Positions 11,172 through 26,094 are shown, counted from the first letter of the whole stretch. The stretch: DNA of 62,967 bases, filler included, from Octopus bimaculoides (GCF_001194135.2; 5 parts of 5 records of this genome joined end to end with filler, not necessarily neighbours in it), one strand, 5' to 3'. Numbers and translations: made by a program. Notes: generated by a model not told the origin, from the letters alone.

Positions 11172-11499
11172 NNNNNNNNNNNNNNNNNNNNNNNNNNNNN
11201 NNNNNNNNNNNNNNNTATATATATATATATATATATGTATACGTGTGTGTACTTATGTGTTAATGTATAGATATGCACATACGCTTGCGCGCATCAATGT
11301 ACTTACACATACTTCAGTCTATAAAGATAAATATATCAGAAATGTGGGAATGAAATTCCGATCGATGATACTTGGAGATAGATGGAAACCTGAAAGTTTT
11401 CCAGAACTGTTTTATCTTCGTAGTTTCTGCTTTAGTGATATCTGGTAATTCAGGATTTGTTCAGCAGAATCAAATAATCCTAATGATAATGGCAATAAA

Positions 11500-11740
11500 A
11501 ACAACAGCTACAACAGCAACAACAACAACAACAACAGCAACAACAACACCAGCAACTGCACTAATAATAATACTGATAATGATAATAATCATAATAATAA
11601 TGACGATAATAATAAGTACAGCAAAAAGAACAACAACAAAAGCAACTACAACGACAACAACAACAACAACAACAAAAGAAGGTACAACGACAACAACAAC
11701 AACAATTTTAATAATAATCATAATAATACTAATAATAATG

Positions 11741-11773
<33 letters not shown>

Positions 11774-11950
11774 TGAAGAAGAAGAAGAAGAAGAAGAAGA
11801 AGAAGAAAAAGGAGAAGAAGTAGAAAAGAAGAAGAAGAAGTAGAAGAAGAAGAAGAAGAAAAAGAAGAAGGAGAAGAAGAAGAAGAAGAAGAAGAAGAAG
11901 AAGAAGAAGAAGAAGAAGAAGAAGAAGAAGAAGAAGAAGAAGAAGAAAAA
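11500..11950. repeat. Compound (AAC)n/(AAT)n/(GAA)n microsatellite
   Basis: Directly visible. Confidence 0.9.
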
Positions 11951-11989
11951 TGAACAACATTGCCACAATTAGCTTAAAGACCTAAAACG

Positions 11990-12500
11990 GCGTTGCACAT
12001 TGTTAAATAATACATAAAATTGACACAAAGCGCCACATGACAATGCGGCAACCATGATCCGTAACAAGCTCTGTAGATATCATGCCCTACGAAGTGCAAA
12101 GACAGGGTACGACAAAATCCCAGGAGTTGCTGAGAATGAAGTCTGCAAAATAATGTGGGATACAATGTTTCAGTGTGACTAACAGATCAGACACTGGAGA
12201 CCTGACGTTGTTTTGGTGAACGCGAAATAAAAGATCTTGCATTTTAATCGACATAGCATGTCCCGGTGACAACAGAATGAGAAAGGAAAGAGAAAAGGAA
12301 GTGTGCAACTATGACAATTTGAAGTGGGAAATAGGCTGGTTGTGGCCAATGAAGACAGTGAACGTGATAACAATAGTAATTAGAACGCTTCGAATTAGGA
12401 GAAATCCAGTACCAACATGGCTCAAATAAATTGGTACAAATGTAATGATAGAAACCTACAAAAATCAACTTTTCCGCAGTGATTTTGAAGCATGAACGCA
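11990..12500 (+). pseudogene. R4/Dong-like non-LTR retrotransposon C-terminus (REL endonuclease), decayed
   Basis: Manual translation: TKRHDNAA...KIMWDTMFQCD*QIRHWRPDVVLV...LIDIACPGD...YDNLKWEI (RHD, RPD, D motifs). Confidence 0.8.
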
Positions 12501-13059
12501 GCAAATATGAACAATATTGCGCAGGCGCTGAGGTGGTAGAATTAACTCTAAGATATTCGAAATCAAAATGGAAATACGATGCAGTCAGTTTTCATACAAG
12601 ACAACATCTTGGCATATCCACTGACAGTGATTTCTAAGTGATCCGATAACATTTCTCATAAATGTCATGGCACCATATTTATAGAAAGATACCTCATACA
12701 CTACCAGTTAATTTAACTACCTATGAAATAACAGCGTGAGTCTAAAATATACACTTCAAAAAATATGTCAAACATGGCGTGTTACGTTTGTTTATAGTTA
12801 AGACTAAAATAGTGTCTAATAGTACACACATTAGACAACTTCACTGCTACCCAGTACGTAAACTCTGAGTACCTATTCTACACTATTTCCATTGTTACGC
12901 TATAAAAGCTGTATAAAAGAACAGAAACAAAATCAAGAAAACATAATTACTACCGTTGTAAAAGTACTCCAGCTGGTGACGAATTTTCGTATTCTTTAAC
13001 ACAAACGTTTCATTGATGTATAGAGTAATTTATAACATTGATTTCAAGGCCAGTAATTT

Positions 13060-13230
13060 CATGTTAGGATGTAAGTTGATTACATCAACTCCAAATCTCA
13101 ACTGGTACTTCGATCCCAAAGAAATAACAGGCAAAATCGACCTCGCCAGAATTTGAACCGAGAACGTAAAGACTGACGGAATACCGTTAAGTATTTCTCC
13201 TGGTATTCTAACGATTCTGTCAGGGCGCTA
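13060..13230 (-). mobile_element. SINE family B, diverged
   Basis: Reverse complement of GTTCTCGGTTCAAATTCTGGCGAGGTCGA...GTACCAG. Confidence 0.6.
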
Positions 13231-13720
13231 CTCATAGTACTTTATAATATTAAGTAGATATTGTATTTTGATATGTGCTACGTATGTACTATTCATACAT
13301 ATTTTAACTGCTTGCACTTCACAGCCGATATAACATTGATAGTTACTAGTTTCACACTTGATTGTACTTCGTAGTTAAATCTCGATAATATATTGGTTTT
13401 GGACTTATGAGGCAGAGTGCTTATATCATCAAATCACTTGGCATTAACGATCCTTTTGATAATGATATTACGTTTCGGTGTTTGCGATACTTCTGACTAT
13501 CGTGACTGAACGGATGTTGTTACATTCTGGGATTCGTGTTTGGAAAGTTATTAGTAGTCGTTAGTCTACAAGATATGAACTGCAGAATACAGAAAAAAAG
13601 AATGATGGTACATGCCATTGTAATTTTGTTTTAAACACTATTGTTCATTTGAGAAATGTGTATTCTGCTTTTATAAAACCACCATACTTTGGATGCTGTG
13701 AGTGGAAATATCTCATAAAG

Positions 13721-13840
13721 TTGTTGTTATTCCGTAGATATTCCAAAAATTTGTTATTATTCCGTAGCTATTCCAAGAATGTGTTGTTATTCCGTAGATA
13801 TTCCAATAATTTGTTGTTATTCCGTAGATATTCCAAAACT
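13721..13840 (+). repeat. 30-bp minisatellite, 4 copies
   Basis: Unit TTGTTGTTATTCCGTAGATATTCCAAAAAT, head-to-tail with no spacers. Confidence 0.92.
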
Positions 13841-14631
13841 ATAAAGTAAACGAAATGCCTATCATACACGAGTGTACTTAGATTTCTTTTTCTTTGTGGG
13901 AGAGAAAATATGATTGCATACATTATATTTTTATTTCTCTCTCTATTAGAATGTTGAATAATTTTCCGAGCAGTTCTGAATATTCATGTCATTTGCTTCC
14001 TCTATGTTCAGTTTGATAATTTAGTTCATTTGATATAATTTGCTGTTGGCGAGAGGAATGTCTATTTGAGATTTATTCGTATCACCTTTAGACTAATTTG
14101 GTTTCGTGTTGAATATGTGGTACTAAAATAACTATTAATCAGAGTAACTTTAGAACGTAATTCAACATAGCGTATTCATTTGCTGTTTGCAAATACTTTA
14201 CGCATAGACGTCCTAGTAATGTGAGAATGAATGAAATAATACGAAAAGTTGAATTCTTTTAGTCATCAAAATTTGGTTGCGCATTGCACTTTGTATTGAG
14301 TGGTTAATGTGGACAGGATATGCCATTTTACTGAATTTCAGAAACAACATTTATTATTCAATGTATTCAGTTGCTATTAAAGTTCTACACTTTATTTTTT
14401 TTTAATTTTTTTTTTCCTCCTCCATAATCTCCAACTAACTTTAATGCAAACATGTTTTCATGATGTGTACTATAGATTTACATTTGATTATTTTTCAGAA
14501 ATTTCAACAAAACACATTTTGAAGATAATGTTTAATAACTTGCATAAAAAATAATTTTTAAATTCTTATTGAATGAACTATGACCTTAATTTTACACATC
14601 CTAATTCAAAATGACTCCTCTGATGTTATAT

Positions 14632-14840
14632 GTACAGGGGTTAGACAAAATAATGGAAACGCCTAGTATCATTACGTCATAATTGTGAAATATCTGTTTT
14701 TTTGATTTATGATTAGTGTTGTTTCATATGTTTTGCTAAAATAGCTGCTTCTTTTCAGATATCATCCGTAAAAGGTAATTATAATTCATTAAAATGACAG
14801 ATCTATCGAACTTTCAAAGAGGTCAAATTGTTGGTGCTCT
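14632..14840 (+). mobile_element. Tc1-like element left end (TA + TIR + transposase start)
   Basis: TA|CAGGGGTTAGACAAAATAATGGAAAC terminus; MTDLSNFQRGQIVGA matches the Tc1 N-terminal helix. Confidence 0.7.
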
Positions 14841-14844
14841 ATCT

Positions 14845-15630
14845 TCACAGTATCTTGTGGTAGCGGCACTGCTTTCACAGTGCTTCTCAGATATACCTTC
14901 AGCTGCTAGGATAGCCACTCTTGCTAGCTGTGCATACGATATGAAATTCTTGCAGAAAATACAATACCCTAGCGATGTTGCACGCCGCAGCAGGAGTTTC
15001 ATCACTTTATATTTGGGCTAAGGACAATAAAATGCAATTCAATTCTAGGATAGCCCAAGCGCAGTGCTACCAGTTCTCAAAACGGAACGTAAAACTCATA
15101 GGATACACTGGCTCACCGGGGATTAGAATCCCAGAACCTAAATCATTACGGAAGCCGGGTATCAACATGGGTAATGATACCTCGTTCCAAGTACACATTG
15201 CCAACATGGTGACAACGTGCAGACGGCTGGCTGGCTGGATCCTGAGAACTTTCGGGTCCAGAAAGAAGGAAACTATGATGATCATCTGGAGGACATTTGT
15301 TCTCAGCCGCTTGGACTACTGCTCCCAGCTATGGTCACCCAACCGTGTAAAATTAACAGCGGGTCTTGAAGCAATCTTTGCAAAAGCTCAACTGCTGGAG
15401 AAAGGCTGGAACAGCTTCGATTCTACTCCCTGAAGCGAAGGCAGGAGAGATATGCAGTAATATACATCTAGACAATCCTGGTAGAGATCGTTTCAAATTT
15501 GGGCATTGAATGCTACATAAATGAACACAGTTGCAAAGATCTCTCCAATTCCGCTGTGCTTCAGGACCATTTACTGCAGCAGTCTGGTTTCCAGGGGCCC
15601 AGATGGAACTGTCCGTCGCATTCAACATAA
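14845..15630 (+). pseudogene. CR1/L2-group LINE RT C-terminal remnant
   Basis: WAKDNKMQFN...GWILRTF...RTFVLSRLDYCSQLWSP. The upstream frame carries a decayed YADD (SCAYDMK). Confidence 0.8.
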
Positions 15631-15639
15631 TTCAGAAAG

Positions 15640-16250
15640 TTGAGTAGTAAATTTGCATCATATCTTGCCAAATCCTTGGGGATACCTGCTCAGAGGCCAG
15701 CGAAACTTTTCAAAACCGTTTCCTCGTCCTCAGCACAATCAAGGACATATTGTGCAACAGTAACTCGAGTGTCTTTTTGGTTAGCTCAAAACAGTTTTGG
15801 CACAAAAATGGCAGTTCTCAAACATACAAAGTCAGTGATAATGGACACAACTGTACTGCACATCCTCTGATAGCTCACGGATGGCGATTCGACGATTTCC
15901 ACTCGCAGCTAAACGCACATCATCAATATTTTTCTCAGATCTCCTCGCTGAATGTCTCTCAGAATTTTTAACAATATCGATATTGTTTCCGTCATTTTGG
16001 GAACATCTAAACAACTTGTACACACGTGTGCGTCTCATACGCTCTTCTCCATAGAATTTCTGCAAAATTGCGTAGGCTTCCTCGTGACAATATTGGCATG
16101 GTGAATGACACGATCACACGGTACACGAGTTCCTTCCAACCACTGCTGTTTGCGGCGGAAGTGTAGGTTAAAACATAGTGCGCCTGCAGAGCAGTATCCA
16201 AAGTCAATCTGCGAGGAGAGAATTTACTCTACATGCTTTAGCATCGTTAC
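15640..16250 (-). pseudogene. mariner transposase N-terminal remnant
   Basis: MQKFYGEERMRRTRVYKLF...RRIAIRELSED (HTH region). Confidence 0.75.
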
Positions 16251-19200
16251 TATGGCAACAGCCTGAATAGATATTTGTGTATATATATATGTGTGTGTAT
16301 GTATGTATATATGCATGTGCTATTACCTTCAAGGATATGCACGTATGCTCGCATGTACGAAACAATCATTCAAACGGCGGACTGTGGTTCTATATGTACA
16401 TATGTATNNNNNNNNNNNNNNNNNNNNNNNNNNNNNNNNNNNNNNNNNNNNNNNNNNNNNNNNNNNNNNNNNNNNNNNNNNNNNNNNNNNNNNNNNNNNN
16501 NNNNNNNNNNNNNNNNNNNNNNNNNNNNNNNNNNNNNNNNNNNNNNNNNNNNNNNNNNNNNNNNNNNNNNNNNNNNNNNNNNNNNNNNNNNNNNNNNNNN
16601 NNNNNNNNNNNNNNNNNNNNNNNNNNNNNNNNNNNNNATATATATATATATATATACATGTATATATATATGTGTGTGTATGTATGTATATATGCATGTG
16701 CTATTACCTTCAAGGATATGCACGTATGCTCGCATGTACGAAACAATCATTCAAACGGCGGACTGTGGTTCTATATGTACATATGTATATTTATGTGTGC
16801 GTGTGTGTGTGTGTGTGACCGAAACAGAGAGCGAGAGAGAGAGAGAGAGATAGAGAGAGAGATAGAGAGATAGAGAGAGAGAGAATGTGCGCGTATGTGT
16901 GTGCTTATGTCCGACTAATTCATATACGTGAGAAAGACCTGAGATGGCACTAACAATCAACAAAAACTATTTCTTGCGGATGTCCGTCTACTGTCTTCGT
17001 GCGCCGAAAAACTAATATGAAACTGTTTTGTCATTCATCAATTAATGGGTTGTACAATGTTATTGTTTCAATGGTTTAAGTGTAATTACGTAATCTAGAG
17101 ATACAAACATATCATGTTTATTTCTATTTAATGTGTGCGATTTCACCATTTGAACTGGAAGTATTTTGAAAAGTATTACTGCTTGGGATTTTTCCTTTCT
17201 TTCCTCACCTTCTGCAGTCTTAAACTCTTTCTTTATTTCTCCCAAGTGTCAGTTTAGATTTTAATAGCATTTGTTTCTTGAAAGCCGCAACAGCTTAAAC
17301 ATGCACATAATGAACGCAATATTATATAGAGATTCATAAAAATCAAACAATTAGGAATTAAATATTTTAAACAATTTTGTTTCTCCAAACGAAACAATTA
17401 AAGAACTTCCCGAAAGTTCTTTTATGTATTCAAACATTCTTCATGTACTTCTATAATAATCATATTATTGTTTTCTCTGAAATGCATCCGGTTTTAATTG
17501 TTTCTCAAGATGTTTAATTGCATAAACAAAGAATGAATTTGCATACACGGAAAACAATGCTTGAAAATTTAATGAGATGAAAGTGATAGTTATTCCTTAT
17601 TAATAAAATAATCAAAATGAGTTCAAACTATGCGTTTTGCGATTAAGATAATTGCTAATACAGGTGATCACATACACACTTGTGTACGNNNNNNNNNNNN
17701 NNNNNNNNNNNNNNNNNNNNNNNNNNNNNNNNNNNNNNNNNNNNNNNNNNNNNNNNNNNNNNNNNNNNNNNNNNNNNNNNNNNNNNNNNNNNNNNNNNNN
17801 NNNNNNNNNNNNNNNNNNNNNNNNNNNNNNNNNNNNNNNNNNNNNNNNNNNNNNNNNNNNNNNNNNNNNNNNNNNNNNNNNNNNNNNNNNNNNNNNNNNN
17901 NNNNNNNNNNNNNNNNNNNNNNNNNNNNNNNNNNNNNNNNNNNNNNNNNNNNNNNNNNNNNNNNNNNNNNNNNNNNNNNNNNNNNNNNNNNNNNNNNNNN
18001 NNNNNNNNNNNNNNNNNNNNNNNNNNNNNNNNNNNNNNNNNNNNNNNNNNNNNNNNNNNNNNNNNNNNNNNNNNNNNNNNNNNNNNNNNNNNNNNNNNNN
18101 NNNNNNNNNNNNNNNNNNNNNNNNNNNNNNNNNNNNNNNNNNNNNNNNNNNNNNNNNNNNNNNNNNNNNNNNNNNNNNNNNNNNNNNNNNNNNNNNNNNN
18201 NNNNNNNNNNNNNNNNNNNNNNNNNNNNNNNNNNNNNNNNNNNNNNNNNNNNNNNNNNNNNNNNNNNNNNNNNNNNNNNNNNNNNNNNNNNNNNNNNNNN
18301 NNNNNNNNNNNNNNNNNNNNNNNNNNNNNNNNNNNNNNNNNNNNNNNNNNNNNNNNNNNNNNNNNNNNNNNNNNNNNNNNNNNNNNNNNNNNNNNNNNNN
18401 NNNNNNNNNNNNNNNNNNNNNNNNNNNNNNNNNNNNNNNNNNNNNNNNNNNNNNNNNNNNNNNNNNNNNNNNNNNNNNNNNNNNNNNNNNNNNNNNNNNN
18501 NNNNNNNNNNNNNNNNNNNNNNNNNNNNNNNNNNNNNNNNNNNNNNNNNNNNNNNNNNNNNNNNNNNNNNNNNNNNNNNNNNNNNNNNNNNNNNNNNNNN
18601 NNNNNNNNNNNNNNNNNNNNNNNNNNNNNNNNNNNNNNNNNNNNNNNNNNNNNNNNNATATATATATGTATATATATATGTGTGTGTGTATTTATGTATG
18701 TATGTATGTATGTATGTATGGATGGGTGGATGGATGGACGGATGTATAGATGAATTCATGAACTTCAAAAGGAAGTTCAAACTCAATGAACTTCATTGAA
18801 GATCCATGGATTATAGCATTTGAAGTAATTCTGATGCTATTTCAGTTGTAAATCCACAAACCTTAACAGTAGCAGAATCACCGAAAATATTTTGCTCTGT
18901 GTATTTTAAACTTTGTTAAATCATTTCTAATTTCCTTGAATTTCAAGATCATGAATTCATCTCAATAAGATGGTTTCTTTATATTGATGTAATGTTTTAA
19001 CTAATGAATAAAATGAGTCGTGAGAAATGGCCGTAATGATTTGACATATGCACCTCTACTGTTACTCATTTATATTTTATTCATTTCTCTCGAATAGGCA
19101 TTTCTTCAACATTATATATTGAATATAACGATCATGTCTGAGTAGCTCAGGAGCAGATATATGTACTCAGCTGTGTGTAATTTTCTACATACACTGCATG

Positions 19201-20320
19201 AATATCATTCGACCAGACTGCTGTACCAAATGTTATATATATATATGTATATATATATCCATTTCATAAACTTTACAACCTGAATGATATTGAGAGAAAA
19301 CGCAAAGAAAGGGACTTTATTAAGAAATCCAAACCAGCTCTTAACAAACAAAGATAAAATTAATCTTACTTGGGGTTTAAAAATCTTATCCCTGTAACTA
19401 AAACACACAAATCATATCTCAAATCTTATCATTTCTATAAATAAACATTGAAATATGGTTTGGCATCATCTCTAAAAAATATATATTATTTATATCATAT
19501 TTATTTAATTGAACGCCATGCATCCAATACGAAGTAAGCTTATATATATACATATGTGTGCGTGAGTGTGTGTGTGCGTGTGTGTGTGTGTGTACGTATG
19601 TATACATATGTATGCAAACATGTATACTTGCTATAATTTTACAACACATGATACCTAATTGTTGTTACGTCATTGTGAATTGAATGCTATGGTACCAAAC
19701 CAGTCGTGGCATTCAACGTGTTGAGCTGCTTAGACTCTATAAGGCTGTTAGTAATAGATAGGAAATCGTGTTTAAGTTTAATTTATACTTAATAATATTT
19801 AAGCGAGCTTTTATTTTGGGATTCCTAAATACGAGTATGTGTATATACGTGAATTCCTGTGTGCGAATAATTGATGAGATTCTCACAAGAACGTGCAATT
19901 ACAAAGTCAGTTGCATCAATTCAAAGTAATATTTTCTAATTTGTCAATAATAAAATGCAAAATTGTAAATTATATCTGAATTTCTGTTCAATACAAAATA
20001 ATAGTTTATTATGAATTATTACAGAAAACGATCTTATAAGAAACGTCGTGTTTATGAGCCACAAAAGATGCCTTCTTTGCAGTTTGGAGGAGAGTATATG
20101 AATCAATGGAATTATGCTATAAATGGCACGATAGACCGAGAAGTAGAGAGAGACAGAAAAACCAATGTACTGGAATAAAATAAATATCGTGCGTGAGGTG
20201 GTAGAAATGTTGTAACAGTTGGGTGTATAAATTCATATAAGTGAAAGCGTTTGTGTTCGTAAGCATTTAGACATTATATGTATGTATGAATGTGTGGGGG
20301 AGGGGAGCGCGCACTTGTGA

Positions 20321-20354
<34 letters not shown>

Positions 20355-20699
20355 GAGTGAGATTTAGCACTCACTAATTGTGACTGTGTGGGAACAATAT
20401 ATCGGGAAATTAATTTCATTTGTATTTTTATGCTACTCTTAACTAAAATTGTTCTATTTCGTCGGGTTCAAGTTCTAAATACATGTATGTGGATGTATGC
20501 ACCGATGATGTATGCTTGTGTATTTATAAGACAGGAATAAGGCAGAGATCCAACTTACTGATATACACGTTAAGAATAGAACAATTAACCAATGCTATTA
20601 CCTTATCTTGGGAGATAGTTGAGAATATTCTTGGAATGGTGAAGGTTTCTACTCTGCGAGCCACACCGTCTGCAACCTGATCAAAAGTGCAACTAGCCT

Positions 20700-21330
20700 A
20701 TCTTCATCACTGGAAAATATGACATATTTTGGGGAAGATCTATCTGGTTTGCATGAACGTTTAGTAACCCAGGATGCGTGTTAGCTTCATCACTTTGAGT
20801 TACACAAAGGGATAATTCATGCAGAGGAAACACACATCGTCACCTGCTCCAAAGAAGGTCTAGTTCCTTTCATCTGCTGGGAAGTTGATGGTCTTAGATG
20901 TTTGTGATGCAAAAGGTATTGTGTTCATTGATTATCTTCCGAAAAACTATTTCATCAATGGGGACTACTGTGCCAAATTTTTCAATCGGTTAAGAAAGGC
21001 TTTCGCCACCAAACGGCATGGAAACTTTTCAAACAGTCCCTTTTCAACATTACAATGCCCCAGCAAGTAAGTCCTTTGTTTCAATGGCTGCAGTGCGTGA
21101 CATCGTCCCTCTTCTGATTTTGACCCATATTGCTGACACCTGTTCCTCGACAGGGAAAAAACATTTGGCAGGTAACCAGTATCGCAGTTGTTACTTTTGA
21201 AATCTTCTTTCTCCCGTCAGATACCAGTTAGCGGGAAAGACGCAAAGCAGTTATTCATAAGGGCTAAAATTAAAGCGTGTTGAAATTAATGCATGCTAGA
21301 CTTACTTTCATAAATAACCTATGAAGTCTT
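20700..21330 (+). pseudogene. mariner (DD34D) transposase C-terminal remnant
   Basis: DAKGIVFIDYLPKNYFINGDYCAKF...FQHYNAPASKS. Confidence 0.8.
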
Positions 21331-22117
21331 CAGTACACATTCGTATAACAACTACACACAGTTGTGTTTCTTTTTTCCCCCCTTTGTTTTCTATTTTCAG
21401 TCGGTCTCTAACTGTCTGAACTGTGTTTCGTTTACTAAGACGTGGAAGTGAGACTACAACGTGGTCAATTCTTCAAGTTGAAACCGCCAAGGTTAGTGGA
21501 ACTTAGTAAACAATGAATGAGAATATATTGCTGAGTGATTTGTATAATTCTAGACAAATCAAATTAATGTGGAAACTAGAATATAAACTTGATTGTACAC
21601 AATGCAAATCGATATGAAACCCAAGTACACATAAATACACCCAAATATATCATATAGGCAGAGTATATATATATATATATATATATGTCTCATTCATTCT
21701 CACTCTCTTTTCTCATCGTATATATAATATGCAAACACACAGACACACACAAACACATACACACACATACATATATACATATATAGATACATATATCAAT
21801 TCACAATTAGTTGAATATGTATATACATATAATCAAACCTTGGGAGAGACATTATGCCGGTAATAAATACACGCACTGGTTCAGTCCTTTATTAATTTAT
21901 GTAGTTTTTTTGTTAAATTATTTCATTGCACTCTTGCAATCTCTTCAGTAACTTGTCTCTACACTTCCATTTATGTATTTATACGTTATATATATTTACA
22001 CGTTATATTACATACGTATACACATACGTATGCATATACATACACATATAATTTATAAGTATGTATTTCTATGTGTATATCCGTATATATGTATGTATTT
22101 AGGTATGTTTGTGTGTA

Positions 22118-22148
<31 letters not shown>

Positions 22149-22666
22149 NNNNNNNNNNNNNNNNNNNNNNNNNNNNNNNNNNNNNNNNNNNNNNNNNNNN
22201 NNNNNNNNNNNNNNNNNNNNNNNNNNNNNNNNNNNNNNNNNNNNNNNNNNNNNNNNNNNNNNNNNNNNNNNNNNNNNNNNNNNNNNNNNNNNNNNNNNNN
22301 NNNNNNNNNNNNNNNNNNNNNNNNNNNNNNNNNNNNNNNNNNNNNNNNNNNNNNNNNNNNNNNNNNNNNNNNNNNNNNNNNNNNNNNNNNNNNNNNNNNN
22401 NNNNNNNNNNNNNNNNNNNNNNNNNNNNNNNNNNNNNNNNNNNNNNNNNNNNNNNNNNNNNNNNNNNNNNNNNNNNNNNNNNNNNNNNNNNNNNNNNNNN
22501 NNNNNNNNNNNNNNNNNNNNNNNNNNNNNNNNNNNNNNNNNNNNNNNNNNNNNNNNNNNNNNNNNNNNNNNNNNNNNNNNNNNNNNNNNNNNNNNNNNNN
22601 NNNNNNNNNNNNNNNNNNNNNNNNNNNNNNNNNNNNNNNNNNNNNNNNNNNNNNNNNNNNNNNNNN

Positions 22667-22699
<33 letters not shown>

Positions 22700-23492
22700 C
22701 TTCTCACCTGTAGACTCTTTCGAATATTTTACACTTTCAGCAGTTTTATAACGTGTTAATTTCCTTTGATGTTCAATGTTTGTGTTCTATCCCCAAAAAT
22801 TATTCTTTTCCAGATGTTCACTATGATATCTTGTGTCATGTTTGCCTTGAGTGTTGAGATTTCCATACACACATCTGTGGTAAATGAGTTGTTTTTAATC
22901 AAACGCATGGGTGATCGGAAATTTCCGCTGTATTATTCAAGTATGTGGTATGATCGAACCATCTTAGCGTACATATGAGGTGAAAAATATTACCATTACC
23001 CGAAAAACCAGCTTTGATTATAGACATTCCATTGTTTCCTATACATTTTTATGAGACAGATGATGAATCTTTGAATATTGCTTGATAAAATAGCGCAATG
23101 CGATCGATTACACCAGAAAACTTGCCTGAACTCATATATATATATAGATGAGTTCAACAGATTATGATTCAATCCATGACTTATATAAAAAAACAGTATA
23201 AATAATCGAGTACCACTTCATTAGCCCATGTTATTTTATCGTATAATTACTATAACTAGAATGAAGTTCATGGACCCATCGTTGATTTAGACACATATGT
23301 TTGTCCATAAAATTATGTACATCTATATGCGCGTGAGATAAATTGCGTATGTATGTGTGTATATATGAAGATGCAGTTTCGTGCTACGGCTTTTGGAATG
23401 CTTCTTTCTTTTGCGCACATTAAATAAAGACATACACACACATACTCACACAAATATGTATATACGTACATATATATATATATTATATCTAC

Positions 23493-23526
<34 letters not shown>

Positions 23527-25447
23527 NNNNNNNNNNNNNNNNNNNNNNNNNNNNNNNNNNNNNNNNNNNNNNNNNNNNNNNNNNNNNNNNNNNNNNNNNN
23601 NNNNNNNNNNNNNNNNNNNNNNNNNNNNNNNNNNNNNNNNNNNNNNNNNNNNNNNNNNNNNNNNNNNNNNNNNNNNNNNNNNNNNNNNNNNNNNNNNNNN
23701 NNNNNNNNNNNNNNNNNNNNNNNNNNNNNNNNNNNNNNNNNNNNNNNNNNNNNNNNNNNNNNNNNNNNNNNNNNNNNNNNGTATGTATGTATACATATGT
23801 TTGTAGTGCATTAAAATATACAACGAATGCGTATATGGATGTACAATATCATATAAAAATAAATATGTTTATACGTTCATACGTACATACATCCATGCAC
23901 GTGTTTGTCTCTACGCGTGTGTATGTGTTTTTCTGTGTGTGTGTGTGTGCGTGTGTGTGTGTGTGTGTATGTGTGTGTGTGTGTGTGAAACATAGGGAAA
24001 CATACATAATCATATGTGTCAAAGATTTTAATAAATTACACGTAAGTTTATTGTAACATCAAAAAGTATTTAGTATCTAGAAAACTCTTTTTAGCTGAAA
24101 ATATAAGCTATAAATATTAGCTGATTCTCTTGATGTAGCGAAAGAAGAAAAATTATACTGCTTAAAATAGTGGCATATAAAATTGAATACCTATGCATTA
24201 ATCTAGATTTCGTTATGGATGTATAGGGAGAAGGGGGATCTTTTGCGTATACATTTAACGCTGTGTACATACGTGTGTGTACGTATACGAATATATGTAT
24301 ACATATATACATACAGACACACGCGCACACTCGTCTACAGACACACACACGCACACATATATATGCATTCATACACAGACCATCAGCAACACACACATAT
24401 ATAAAGAGTTAGTGTGAGAGGTGTATTCGTAGGAGTGTGATTGTATGGTGCATTTATGTTGACTTACACGTATATTTCGATGTATGAACTAAAGCATATA
24501 GCTATATTTACAAGCATTAATTACAACTGAATTCTTTTTGAGTATCAGAACAGTCGGAAGCTAGAAATATCTAACATTCTATAGCAAATTGCACAGAGCT
24601 CTCAAACTAACACTGGCAATTTTTTTTCTGTTATTTTAAGGTCAACAGATCGCCACCTGTTTACATACTTGGATAAATGATTATAAACGTAACTTTATGT
24701 TGTATGACAGTTGATCACTCGTCTACCTAGGTGATACGTCCCTGATATATATATATATATANNNNNNNNNNNNNNNNNNNNNNNNNNNNNNNNNNNNNNN
24801 NNNNNNNNNNNNNNNNNNNNNNNNNNNNNNNNNNNNNNNNNNNNNNNNNNNNNNNNNNNNNNNNNNNNNNNNNNNNNNNNNNNNNNNNNNNNNNNNNNNN
24901 NNNNNNNNNNNNNNNNNNNNNNNNNNNNNNNNNNNNNNNNNNNNNNNNNNNNNNNNNNNNNNNNNNNNNNNNNNNNNNNNNNNNNNNNNNNNNNNNNNNN
25001 NNNNNNNNNNNNNNNNNNNNNNNNNNNNNNNNNNNNNNNNNNNNNNNNNNNNNNNNNNNNNNNNNNNNNNNNNNNNNNNNNNNNNNNNNNNNNNNNNNNN
25101 NNNNNNNNNNNNNNNNNNNNNNNNNNNNNNNNNNNNNNNNNNNNNNNNNNNNNNNNNNNNNNNNNNNNNNNNNNNNNNNNNNNNNNNNNNNNNNNNNNNN
25201 NNNNNNNNNNNNNNNNNNNNNNNNNNNNNNNNNNNNNNNNNNNNNNNNNNNNNNNNNNNNNNNNNNNNNNNNNNNNNNNNNNNNNNNNNNNNNNNNNNNN
25301 NNNNNNNNNNNNNNNNNNNNNNNNNNNNNNNNNNNNNNNNNNNNNNNNNNNNNNNNNNNNNNNNNNNNNNNNNNNNNNNNNNNNNNNNNNNNNNNNNNNN
25401 NNNNNNNNNNNNNNNNNNNNNNNNNNNNNNNNNNNNNNNNNNNNNNN

Positions 25448-25488
<41 letters not shown>

Positions 25489-26094
25489 TGTGTATGTGTG
25501 TGTGTGTGTGTGCCTGAATTATTTTGTGTCTATGCGTAAGTGCCTCTGTAAAACTTTAACAAGAATGTATCTGATAATATACATTTAATTATATAAGAAT
25601 ACATTATTTATTTTCCATTGATACTCAGTTAATCTGTTCACATGAATATAAAGTTTTGGAAACATGAAATGTTTCAAGTACTTTGAAGAACTCTAAAATA
25701 TATTGCATCTATATTACATTGTTTTGGTCTTTACAAACTTGTCTGCAATTATAAATTAATAAAAGTATTTGGTATAGAATTACATTTTAGATATAATTAA
25801 ATATACTTAAGAAATATTTCCCATTCCTATATTAAAGCTATATAAATTGATTTTGCATTCTATGAATACACTCAGATGTACACGGATTGAATAAGCGTAT
25901 GGGCAGTTTGTCTAGTTTTCACTTCAGACACAAAATATATAATCCTATACAACATGAAGCTCCCTACATTAATATCCCGAGTTTTATTTTGAGCTAAGAT
26001 TTTGCAATTCCTGGAAGTTTCAACGTCGTCGTATACTCGTAATATACATGCATTTATGTTTATGCACACGTCCACTCATCTAAGAGGAGGGATT

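Noticed and set aside
13721-13840. CRISPR-like regularly spaced 30-mers
   Set aside because: Units are contiguous with no unique spacers, there are no cas genes, and the context is eukaryotic.
16280-16790. Identical ~125-bp direct repeat on both sides of an N gap
   Set aside because: Exact identity flanking a gap is the signature of an unmerged contig overlap, not a real duplication.
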